Of a stretch of DNA of 29,566 bases, positions 1-7,311 are shown one piece after another. Origin of the DNA: an uncultured Candidatus Peribacteria bacterium (GTDB lineage Bacteria; Patescibacteriota; Gracilibacteria; UBA1369; LOWO2-01-FULL-3); the NCBI GenBank assembly GCA_964531125.1, contig CAZHDA010000002.1:1-29566 (forward strand), read 5' to 3'. The position numbers and the translations under genes were made by a program. The notes under the pieces were generated by a model, which saw only the letters and a program-made list of their open reading frames with translations, had not been told where the DNA came from and did no database searches. Position 1 is the first letter of the stretch; every line of letters begins with the position of its first letter.

Positions 1-892
1 CGAAGCCGTGATTTTGGCTTGTGATATAGCAGCGGCCGGTTTCGGTGTCGATGCATGGTTGGTTTTGGGAGCGGTGACCGAATTTGAGTTTATAGGTTTT
101 GGCGCCGGAGGCGAGGGCAAGGATTTGATTGCCAAGACAGATTCCAAAAATCGGTTTTTTGATTTTCATGGCTTTGCGAATGATGTCGTGGAGTGGCGTG
201 AGCACGGCGGGGTCGCCCGGGCCGTTTGAGATGAAGATGCCGTCAAATTTGAGGCCGGCTTCGATAAAATCGTAATTCCATGGGACGCGGATGACGGTGA
301 GGTTGCGGGCGAGTAGGTTTCGTATGATGTTGTTTTTCATGCCGCAGTCGATGCATATGATGGTCTTTTTTCCGCCTTTATAAGTCTTTGGTTTTTTGAT
401 GGAAACTTTGTCCATGAGTGTTTTGTCGAGGTCCGGATTGTAAAAATCCGGCGGTGTGGAATTTTCAATTACGATTTTTCCAAGCATTGTGCCGGTTTCG
501 CGGAGTTTCTGGGTGAGAGCGCGTGTGTCGATGCCGGTGATGGCCGGAATTTTGTTTTCAACGAGCCATTTGGAGAGAGATTTTTTTGCGTCCCAGTGGC
601 TGAAATTTTCCGAATACTCGCTGACGATGAGGCCTTTTATGTGAATCCGACCGCTTTCAAAGCGTTTTTCGATGTGATCTTTGTCAAATTCGTCGGCTCC
701 GACACCGTAATTTCCTATGAGAGGATAGGTTAGAGTGATGATCTGACCTTCGTAGGAAGGATCCGTGAAACTTTCCGGATAGCCGACCATGGACGTGTTG
801 AAAACGACCTCGCCTGCGGAGCTTATAGGTGCTCCGAAGGAGGTTCCTGTGAGTCGGGTCCCGTCCGCAAGGACGAGGGTGGCTTTTGTCAT
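1..892 (-). CDS. carA: Carbamoyl-phosphate synthase small subunit (3' end lies beyond the window edge; absent from the ORF track)
   Basis: Manual translation from ATG 892 gives MTKATLVLADGTRLTG...GEVVFNTSMVGYPESFTDPSYEGQI...SNGPGDP...PIFGICLGNQ...KFGHRSQNQP...TSQNHGF, which are the CPSase small-chain and class I glutamine amidotransferase motifs. An alternative ATG at 901 overlaps the predicted -10 box. Confidence 0.97.
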   Translation of the reverse strand, partial: MTKATLVLADGTRLTGTSFGAPISSAGEVVFNTSMVGYPESFTDPSYEGQIITLTYPLIGNYGVGADEFDKDHIEKRFESGRIHIKGLIVSEYSENFSHWDAKKSLSKWLVENKIPAITGIDTRALTQKLRETGTMLGKIVIENSTPPDFYNPDLDKTLMDKVSIKKPKTYKGGKKTIICIDCGMKNNIIRNLLARNLTVIRVPWNYDFIEAGLKFDGIFISNGPGDPAVLTPLHDIIRKAMKIKKPIFGICLGNQILALASGAKTYKLKFGHRSQNQPCIDTETGRCYITSQNHGF

Positions 893-899
893 CGGAGGC

Positions 900-928
900 A
901 TTTTAGGGATTTGGTAATAGGATTGCAA
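900..928 (-). promoter_or_regulatory. Sigma70-type promoter for carA, probably leaderless
   Basis: Minus strand reads TTGCAA (928-923), 17 nt, TAAAAT (905-900), 7 nt, ATG (892). Confidence 0.7.
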
Positions 929-951
929 GAAGGTATTTTTTGGCGTAGATT
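923..951 (+). promoter_or_regulatory. Sigma70-type promoter for the pyrB operon
   Basis: TTGCAA (923-928), 17 nt, TAGATT (946-951), ending 21 nt upstream of the pyrB ATG. Confidence 0.6.
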
Positions 952-972
952 TCTTTCGGCTAACAAGCATGT

Positions 973-1905
973 ATGAACTTCAAAGGTCAGCACATTCTTT
1001 CTACGAGACAGTTTGATCGGGAAAGTTTAATGGCTCTTTTTGAGCTGGCGGATAAGATGCAGGTGATTTTAGAGAAGGCGAAGAAAGGTAAGCAGGATAT
1101 GACTATGGAAGGGCGTCTTATGGCGACGCTTTTTTTTGAGCCTTCCACTAGGACTAGATTCTCTTTTGAAACAGCGATGCAGAGACTTGGCGGACGGGTG
1201 ATTTCGAATGCGGATATGATGGGAACTTCTTCATGGAAAAAACATGAAACTCTGGAGGATACCGGAAAAGTGGTGTCGCAAATGGCTGATGTCATCGTGA
1301 TGCGGCATCCGGAGGCCGGTTCCGTAAAGAGGCTTGCAAGTGCCAGTGATTCGCCGGTTTTAAATGCCGGAGATGGTCCGGCAGAGCATCCTTCGCAGGC
1401 GCTTTTGGATGTTTATACAATTTGGAAAAATAAAGGAAAACTGGATGGGCTGACGATAGGGATGAGTGGGGATTCCAAGTACGGGCGGGTTCCTCATTCG
1501 CAATGCGATTTGCTGAAACATTTTGATTGTAAATTTATTTTTGTGTCGCCGGAGGCATTGAAAATGCCGGAGGCGATTGTGAAAGCCTTGAAAGAAAGTG
1601 GTCATGAGATAAGGGAAACTGAAAATCTTGGCGAATCGATCGGGGAAATGGATGTAATAGCCTGTACACGAATTCAGGAGGAAAGATTTACGAGCGAAGC
1701 AGAGTATAAAAAATACGCCGGAGTTTATGTTTTGGACAATACTTTAATGCGGAAAGCAAAAAAAGATGCGATTGTCCTGCATCCGCTTCCAAGAGTGAAC
1801 GAAATCTCTCCGGAGGTGGACAAGGATCCGCGGGTTAAATACTTTGAGCAGGTTAAAAATGGTGTGGCCATAAGAATGGCTTTACTCGTTTCAGTCTTAG
1901 GGTAA
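973..1905 (+). CDS. pyrB: Aspartate carbamoyltransferase catalytic subunit
   Basis: Motifs FFEPSTRTRFSFE, VMRHP, NAGDG...HPSQALLD, HPLPRVNEI and RMALL; 310 aa. Confidence 0.98.
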   Translation: MNFKGQHILSTRQFDRESLMALFELADKMQVILEKAKKGKQDMTMEGRLMATLFFEPSTRTRFSFETAMQRLGGRVISNADMMGTSSWKKHETLEDTGKVVSQMADVIVMRHPEAGSVKRLASASDSPVLNAGDGPAEHPSQALLDVYTIWKNKGKLDGLTIGMSGDSKYGRVPHSQCDLLKHFDCKFIFVSPEALKMPEAIVKALKESGHEIRETENLGESIGEMDVIACTRIQEERFTSEAEYKKYAGVYVLDNTLMRKAKKDAIVLHPLPRVNEISPEVDKDPRVKYFEQVKNGVAIRMALLVSVLG

Positions 1906-1909
1906 AATT

Positions 1910-3226
1910 GTGTGGATGAAGAAAGAAAAAATCCTCTTAAAGGGCGGGACGCTGGTGAGTTCAGAGGGCTCGTTTCAAAAAGATTTGTTGATTGAAAATG
2001 GGAAAATTTCTGGCGGCCGGAGTGATGGGGCCGAGGTTATTGATTGTCGTGGAAAGGTGATTTTGCCGGGACTTATCGATGTGCATGTGCATTTTCGCGA
2101 GCCAGGGGCTTCATATAAGGAAGACTGGACAACCGGTTCGAGCGCGGCGGTGGCAGGTGGCGTGACGACTGTCTGTGATATGCCAAACAATAAACCTGCC
2201 ATAGTCAGCGTGGATGAACTGGAGAAAAAAAGAGCGCTGATCAAAGGCAGGAGTTATTGTAATTATGGTCTTTATATAGGCTATGACGGAAAAAATTTGG
2301 AGGAGATTAAAAAAGCGAAAAATGTGGCTGGTGTAAAAGTCTATGTGGCCAATTCAACGGGAAATATGGGCGTTGATAACGCGGCTTTGGAAAAACTTTT
2401 CAAGGAATTTGACGGAAGAATTGTGACCCATGCCGAGGATGAAGGTATCATTGAAAAAAATTCCAAAGAGTTTTTAGCTGAATTTGATGGCAGGGAAGTT
2501 GATCCCGCGGTTCATTCAAAAATTCGTAGCGTGGAAGCAGCGGAGAGCGCGGTGAAGCTGGTTTGTAAACTGGCAAAAAACAGCAAGGCAAAGCTGCATG
2601 TGGCTCATGTTTCCTGCGATGCGGAGATTGAGGTGATCGCTGAATATAAGAAATTTGGAATTACTTGTGAAGTTGCGCCGCATCATTTGCTTCTTTCCGA
2701 TGATGATTATGAAATCTGGAAAAATTTTATCAAAGTGAATCCGCCGGTGAGGAGTCGGCTGGATGTGTTCTCGATGTGGAAAAATCTGAAATTTGGAGTG
2801 ATAGACATGATCGCCACCGATCACGCGCCGCATACGATAGAGGAAAAGGAGCAGTCATATGAAAAAGCTCCGTCGGGCGTGCCGGAGCTGGATACTCTGT
2901 TGCCGATTTTTTTGAATACGGTAAATGACGAGGGGATGACGATCGAGGAATTGGTTGGATATTTGTGTGAAAAGCCGGCGCAGATTTTTGGAATAAAAAA
3001 TAAAGGCTTTTTGAAGGATGGATTTGACGCGGATATCGTGGTTGTGGACATGGATTTGGAGAGGAAAGTGGAAAGGGCAAATTTGAGGACAAAATGCGGC
3101 TGGTCGCCATATGAGGGTAGCAATTTTAAGGGCTGGCCGGTGATGACTTTTGTGGGAGGGGAGCTGGTTTTTGAGGCGGGAAAAATTGTTGGGAAAAAAG
3201 CCGGGAAAGAGGTAAAGTTTGAATGA
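1910..3226 (+). CDS. pyrC: Dihydroorotase (start may be ATG 1916)
   Basis: PGLIDVHVHFREPG (HxH), GGVTTVCDMPN, THAEDE, LHVAHVS, KVNPPVR and ATDHAPH, in pyr operon context. Confidence 0.96.
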   Translation: MWMKKEKILLKGGTLVSSEGSFQKDLLIENGKISGGRSDGAEVIDCRGKVILPGLIDVHVHFREPGASYKEDWTTGSSAAVAGGVTTVCDMPNNKPAIVSVDELEKKRALIKGRSYCNYGLYIGYDGKNLEEIKKAKNVAGVKVYVANSTGNMGVDNAALEKLFKEFDGRIVTHAEDEGIIEKNSKEFLAEFDGREVDPAVHSKIRSVEAAESAVKLVCKLAKNSKAKLHVAHVSCDAEIEVIAEYKKFGITCEVAPHHLLLSDDDYEIWKNFIKVNPPVRSRLDVFSMWKNLKFGVIDMIATDHAPHTIEEKEQSYEKAPSGVPELDTLLPIFLNTVNDEGMTIEELVGYLCEKPAQIFGIKNKGFLKDGFDADIVVVDMDLERKVERANLRTKCGWSPYEGSNFKGWPVMTFVGGELVFEAGKIVGKKAGKEVKFE

Positions 3227-3236
3227 TAAAAATTTT

Positions 3237-4157
3237 ATGGCAAACCTTTCGGTAAATTTCTGCGGAGTGGAGTTCAAAAATCCGACTGTGCTGGCTTCGG
3301 GTGTGCTTGGAGTGACCGCCAGCAGTTTGAAGAACGCGGTGCGATGCGGGGCGGGAGGGGTGACCACGAAGTCGATTTGGGTCGGTGGAAATCAGGGGCA
3401 CAGAAATCCGACAATGTTTGGGACGGAGCATTATTTTATGAATGCGGTGGGGCTTTCGGACGCGGGGATGGAAAAAGCCGCGGAGGAAACTTTTCCGGAA
3501 TATTTGAAAAACAAGCCTGCGCCGATAATTGGAAATGTGGTGGCGGCGAGTGTGGGGGATTTTGCGGCGGTGGTGGCAAAAATCGACAAATGCGGGCCGG
3601 ATATAATTGAAGTAAATATTTCTTGTCCGAATGTGGAAGATCAGTTTGGGAAGCCGTTTGCGTGCAGTGCAGCGAGTGCGGCGGAGGTGACGAAGATTGT
3701 GCGAAGAAGGACTAAAAAACCGCTTATCATAAAGCTGTCGCCGAATGTGGATAATATCGGAGAGATCGCAAAGGCGTGTGCGGCGGAGGGGGCGGACGGG
3801 TTTTGCGCGGTGAATACTTTTGGGCCTGGGATGGGGATAGATATTGATTTGAGGCGGCCGATTTTGGCAAATAAAGTGGGCGGAGTTTCCGGTCCGGGGA
3901 TGAAACCGCTGGCGCTGAAGTGCGTGTATGATGTTTATAAGGCGACGGGTTTGCCGATTATCGGGACAGGAGGAGTGATGACCGGAGCTGATGTGATAGA
4001 GATGATGATGGCCGGAGCGCGGCTCGTTGGGATCGGGACGATGGTTTACTACAGAGGAGTTGAGGGATTTGGGGAGATCGTAAAAGAGATGATGGAGTGG
4101 TGTGAAAGAAATGGCGTGAAAAAAATTGAGGAGATTATTGGGAGTGTAAAAATGTAA
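3237..4157 (+). CDS. pyrD: Dihydroorotate dehydrogenase family 1B catalytic subunit (ORF track starts at TTG 3219; ATG 3237 preferred)
   Basis: KNPTVLASG, TTKS, MNAVGL, EVNISCPN (catalytic Cys), IKLSPN, GGVSG and IIGTGG; adjacent to pyrK. Confidence 0.97.
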   Translation: MANLSVNFCGVEFKNPTVLASGVLGVTASSLKNAVRCGAGGVTTKSIWVGGNQGHRNPTMFGTEHYFMNAVGLSDAGMEKAAEETFPEYLKNKPAPIIGNVVAASVGDFAAVVAKIDKCGPDIIEVNISCPNVEDQFGKPFACSAASAAEVTKIVRRRTKKPLIIKLSPNVDNIGEIAKACAAEGADGFCAVNTFGPGMGIDIDLRRPILANKVGGVSGPGMKPLALKCVYDVYKATGLPIIGTGGVMTGADVIEMMMAGARLVGIGTMVYYRGVEGFGEIVKEMMEWCERNGVKKIEEIIGSVKM

Positions 4158-4159
4158 TT

Positions 4160-4984
4160 ATGGATTTAAAAAAATTTGATTCGCGGCCGGTGGCGCTGGC
4201 GATTCAAAAAATCATCAAGGAAAATGAAAATACGAATACGTATATTTTCAAGTATCCTCTGGGCAGCAAGCCCGGGCAATTTGTGATGATGTGGATTCCC
4301 GGAGTGGATGAGAAGCCCTTTTCGGTGGCATATGATGATGGCAAAGAATTTTGGCTGACGATATGCAATGTGGGCGGGGCGACGGCAAAGCTTTTTGAGC
4401 TGAAGGTTGGTGACAAAGTGGGAATTCGTGGGCCGATGGGGACGAGTTATGAATTCAAAAAAGGTGAGAGGATCGCGACTGTGGCCGGAGGGTATGGCGC
4501 GGCGCCGATGTATTTTGTGGCGCGGACGGCAAAGAGTTGCAAGGTGGATTTTATCGTCGGGGCGAGAAATAAAAAATTATTGCTTTTTATTGATCGCGTG
4601 AAAAAACTTAAAAATGTGAAGGTGCATGTGGCGACGGACGACGGATCGGCGGGCGTAAAGGGCTACAATACGGTTGTTTTGGATGAAATTCTAAGCAAGA
4701 AAAAAATCGATCGTGTGTTTGCCTGCGGTCCGGAAGTGATGGAATACGCGGTGGGAAAAGTGGTGGACAAACATTCCAAAAAGAAAAAAATAAACTGCGC
4801 GGTGTCGGTGGAAAAATATATGAAATGCGGGATCGGCGTGTGCGGTCAGTGTGCGATCGACGATACAGGCGAATTGGCTTGTATAAAGGGGCCTGTGATG
4901 GATTGGAATTATCTAAAAAAGTTGCCGGAATTCGGGCAGTATCATCGTGACGCGCAAGGGAAGAAACATTATTTTCGAAAATAA
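4160..4984 (+). CDS. pyrK: Dihydroorotate dehydrogenase electron-transfer subunit (FAD, 2Fe-2S)
   Basis: PGQFVM, EKPFSV, GIRGPMG, VAGGYG, TDDGS, ACGP and the cluster motif EKYMKCGIGVCGQC...C. Confidence 0.96.
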   Translation: MDLKKFDSRPVALAIQKIIKENENTNTYIFKYPLGSKPGQFVMMWIPGVDEKPFSVAYDDGKEFWLTICNVGGATAKLFELKVGDKVGIRGPMGTSYEFKKGERIATVAGGYGAAPMYFVARTAKSCKVDFIVGARNKKLLLFIDRVKKLKNVKVHVATDDGSAGVKGYNTVVLDEILSKKKIDRVFACGPEVMEYAVGKVVDKHSKKKKINCAVSVEKYMKCGIGVCGQCAIDDTGELACIKGPVMDWNYLKKLPEFGQYHRDAQGKKHYFRK

Positions 4985-4998
4985 TTTAACCTAAAAAT

Positions 4999-5652
4999 AT
5001 GAAACAGTATAAGAAAGATTTTATCGAATTTCTGGTGAGGGCTGACGCACTGAAATTTGGCGAGTTTACGCTGAAAATCGGGCGCAAGGCTCCATATTTT
5101 TTGAATGTCGGGAGTTTTTATACGGGAGAGTTTGTGCATGAGTTGGGGAAATATTATGCGGCGGCTTTGATGGATACCGGTGTGGAGTGCGATGTGGTTT
5201 TTGGTCCGGCGTATAAGGGAATTCCACTGGCTGTACTGACTGTTGAAGCGCTTTACGATCAACATAAGAAGAATTTTGCCTATTCATTTAACAGGAAGGA
5301 AGCAAAAGATCATGGTGAAGGAAAGATGCTTGTTGGGGCGCCTTTGAATGAAAATACGAAAGTGTTTTTGATAGATGATGTGGTGACCGCCGGGACGGCT
5401 GTTCGCGAGACCGTGGAAATTTTAAAAGCGAATGGAAATCCGAGGATTGTAGGTGTGCTGATCGCGATGAACAGAATGGAAAAGAACAACGAGGGTAAAA
5501 ATGCGATTGCGGAGCTGGAGGAGATGCTTGATGCGAAAGTCTATTCGATTGTTGATTTAGATGATGTGGTTGAGGTTTTGAAAGACACTTTGGGCGAGGA
5601 AAAAATGGCTGCGATAAGAGAATACAGGGAGGAATATGGGATCAAAGCTTGA
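4999..5652 (+). CDS. pyrE: Orotate phosphoribosyltransferase
   Basis: LKFGEFTLK, FGPAYKGIP, flexible loop FNRKEAKDHGEG and PRPP motif LIDDVVTAGT. Confidence 0.97.
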   Translation: MKQYKKDFIEFLVRADALKFGEFTLKIGRKAPYFLNVGSFYTGEFVHELGKYYAAALMDTGVECDVVFGPAYKGIPLAVLTVEALYDQHKKNFAYSFNRKEAKDHGEGKMLVGAPLNENTKVFLIDDVVTAGTAVRETVEILKANGNPRIVGVLIAMNRMEKNNEGKNAIAELEEMLDAKVYSIVDLDDVVEVLKDTLGEEKMAAIREYREEYGIKA

Positions 5653-5692
5653 CGCTGTATACGGCATGGGATTATACTGTATACGGTATAAT
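5649..5692 (+). promoter_or_regulatory. Internal promoter with palindromic operator for the TA pair (and possibly pyrF)
   Basis: TTGACG (5649-5654, overlapping the pyrE stop), 18 nt, TATACT (5673-5678); a second TATAAT lies at 5687-5692. CTGTATACGG occurs at 5655-5664 and 5677-5686, the second inside the near-perfect 20-bp palindrome TTATACTGTATACGGTATAA (5672-5691). Confidence 0.7.
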
Positions 5693-5705
5693 TTAAATTG
5701 CCTGT

Positions 5706-5957
5706 ATGGTACGGACACAACTGTATTTGCCGGATGATATGTATAAAGCTTTGAAGGCTCAAGCAAAAGCGCAAAATATGACTTTTGCTTCTTATGTCAG
5801 GGTGTATTTGGAGAAAGAGGCGATGAAGGATAAAAATCAAAAGTCTCTAAATGAGGCTTATCCGTTTATGAAGGTGGCCGAAGATATGAGAAAGGCTGGA
5901 TTTTCCCTTTCCAATCTTACCAATGAAGATATTGATAACGCTGTTTATGGGTTCTAA
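5706..5957 (+). CDS. VapB-like antitoxin with ribbon-helix-helix/CopG-type N-terminus
   Basis: 83 aa. The N-terminus MVRTQLYLPDDMYKALKAQAKAQNMTFASYVRVYL fits the RHH beta-alpha-alpha pattern, the tail is acidic, and it overlaps the downstream PIN gene. Confidence 0.85.
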   Translation: MVRTQLYLPDDMYKALKAQAKAQNMTFASYVRVYLEKEAMKDKNQKSLNEAYPFMKVAEDMRKAGFSLSNLTNEDIDNAVYGF

Positions 5958-6363
5958 AAAAATATTTGTGGATAGTGGAGGTTTTTTGGCTTTATTAGAC
6001 GATAATGTGCTTTTGCGAAATAAGGTTGTGGATATCCTAAATCAATCGAGGCAAACAGGTGTTCAGTTAGTGACTACGGATTCCGTGATTGGGGAGGTTT
6101 TGACTCTTTTGAGATGTAGGGAAAAAATTCCAACGAAATTGGTGCTCGATTTTATCCAAGGCGCTTTGTTTGCGGAGATTGAGCTGGTCGGTATTTCAAG
6201 GGCACTTTTTGGTGAAGCGTTGGCGATGATGCAAAAATATGCCGATCAGTATTTCAGCTTTACGGATTGTGTGAGCTTCAAAGTGATGAAGGATATGAAA
6301 ATCAAGGATGTAATTACAATAGACAAACATTTTACTATTGCCGGATTTAATGTTTTAATTTGA
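5947..6363 (+). CDS. vapC: VapC-family PIN-domain toxin (ATG 5947 preferred over 5923)
   Basis: All four acidic PIN residues are present: IFVDSG, SVIGEVLT, FSFTDCVSF, ITIDKHF..AGF. It overlaps the antitoxin stop by 11 nt. Confidence 0.9.
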   Translation: MGSKKIFVDSGGFLALLDDNVLLRNKVVDILNQSRQTGVQLVTTDSVIGEVLTLLRCREKIPTKLVLDFIQGALFAEIELVGISRALFGEALAMMQKYADQYFSFTDCVSFKVMKDMKIKDVITIDKHFTIAGFNVLI

Positions 6364-6366
6364 GCG

Positions 6367-7311
6367 ATGGCAAATAATTTCGCGGACAGATTGATGGCGG
6401 CGATCAAAGAAAAGGGGACGCCGATTTGCGTAGGATTGGATCCGAGATTGGAGCAGATCCCGGATTTTCTAAAAAAGAAAGCTTTGGCCGAGACCGAGGG
6501 GGGTCCGATGCGTGCGGCGGCAGAAGCTATTTTAGTTTTTAATAAAGGCATAATTGACGCTGTATATGAGATTGTCCCGGTCGTAAAACCGCAGATCGCT
6601 TTTTATGAAATGTTTGGGGCGGACGGGGTTTGGGCTTATGAAGAGACTTTGAAATATGCAAAATCGAAGGGATTACTCACGATTGCAGATGCAAAAAGAA
6701 ACGATATCGGGTCGACGGCGGAGGGCTACAGTAAGGCATTTTTGGGCGAGGTGGTTGTTTTTGGCGGCGAGGATGAGGTGATCATGCCGGTTTTCGATGC
6801 GGACGCGATTACTATAAATGCGTATCTGGGCTGGGATGGAGTGAAGCCTTTTTTGGAAGAGGCGAAAAAATATGGCAAGGGTGTGTTTATTTTGGCTAAA
6901 ACTTCAAACAAAAGCAGTGGCGATTTGCAGGATTTGGAACTAAAAAATGGCAAGACGGTTTATGAAATTATGGGGCATTTAATTGACAGCTGGGGTGCGG
7001 ATGAGATTGGTGAAAGCGGTTATAGCTCTGTTGGTGCAGTGGTTGGAGCGACTTATCCGGAGCAGGCGGCGAAATTGAGGGCGATTATGCCAAATGCTGT
7101 GTTTTTGGTTCCCGGATACGGGGCGCAGGGTGGTGGAGCGAAAGATGTGTTACCTTGTTTTGGAAAAGATGGAATGGGTGCGATAGTGAACAATAGTCGT
7201 GGAATTATTTTTGCGTATGAAAAGATGCCGGAATTCGGGCCGGAAAAATACGATGAGGCTGCCAAAAAAGCCGTGTTGGATATGAAGAGGGATCTTGCAA
7301 GCGTGCTCTAG
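6367..7311 (+). CDS. pyrF: Orotidine-5'-phosphate decarboxylase (long, subfamily-2 type)
   Basis: ICVGLDP, VKPQIAFYE, DAKRNDIGST (DxKxxD), GAVVGAT, LVPGYGAQGG and VNNSRGI. Confidence 0.97.
   Translation: MANNFADRLMAAIKEKGTPICVGLDPRLEQIPDFLKKKALAETEGGPMRAAAEAILVFNKGIIDAVYEIVPVVKPQIAFYEMFGADGVWAYEETLKYAKSKGLLTIADAKRNDIGSTAEGYSKAFLGEVVVFGGEDEVIMPVFDADAITINAYLGWDGVKPFLEEAKKYGKGVFILAKTSNKSSGDLQDLELKNGKTVYEIMGHLIDSWGADEIGESGYSSVGAVVGATYPEQAAKLRAIMPNAVFLVPGYGAQGGGAKDVLPCFGKDGMGAIVNNSRGIIFAYEKMPEFGPEKYDEAAKKAVLDMKRDLASVL

Noticed and set aside
969-1016. Out-of-frame upstream ATG giving a 15-codon ORF overlapping the pyrB start (leader-peptide attenuation)
   Set aside because: It overlaps pyrB rather than preceding an attenuator, and there is no terminator or pause structure, so it is probably chance.
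5655-5692. CTGT-containing repeats as LexA/SOS boxes
   Set aside because: They do not fit CTGT-N8-ACAG, and an RHH antitoxin operator explains them more simply.
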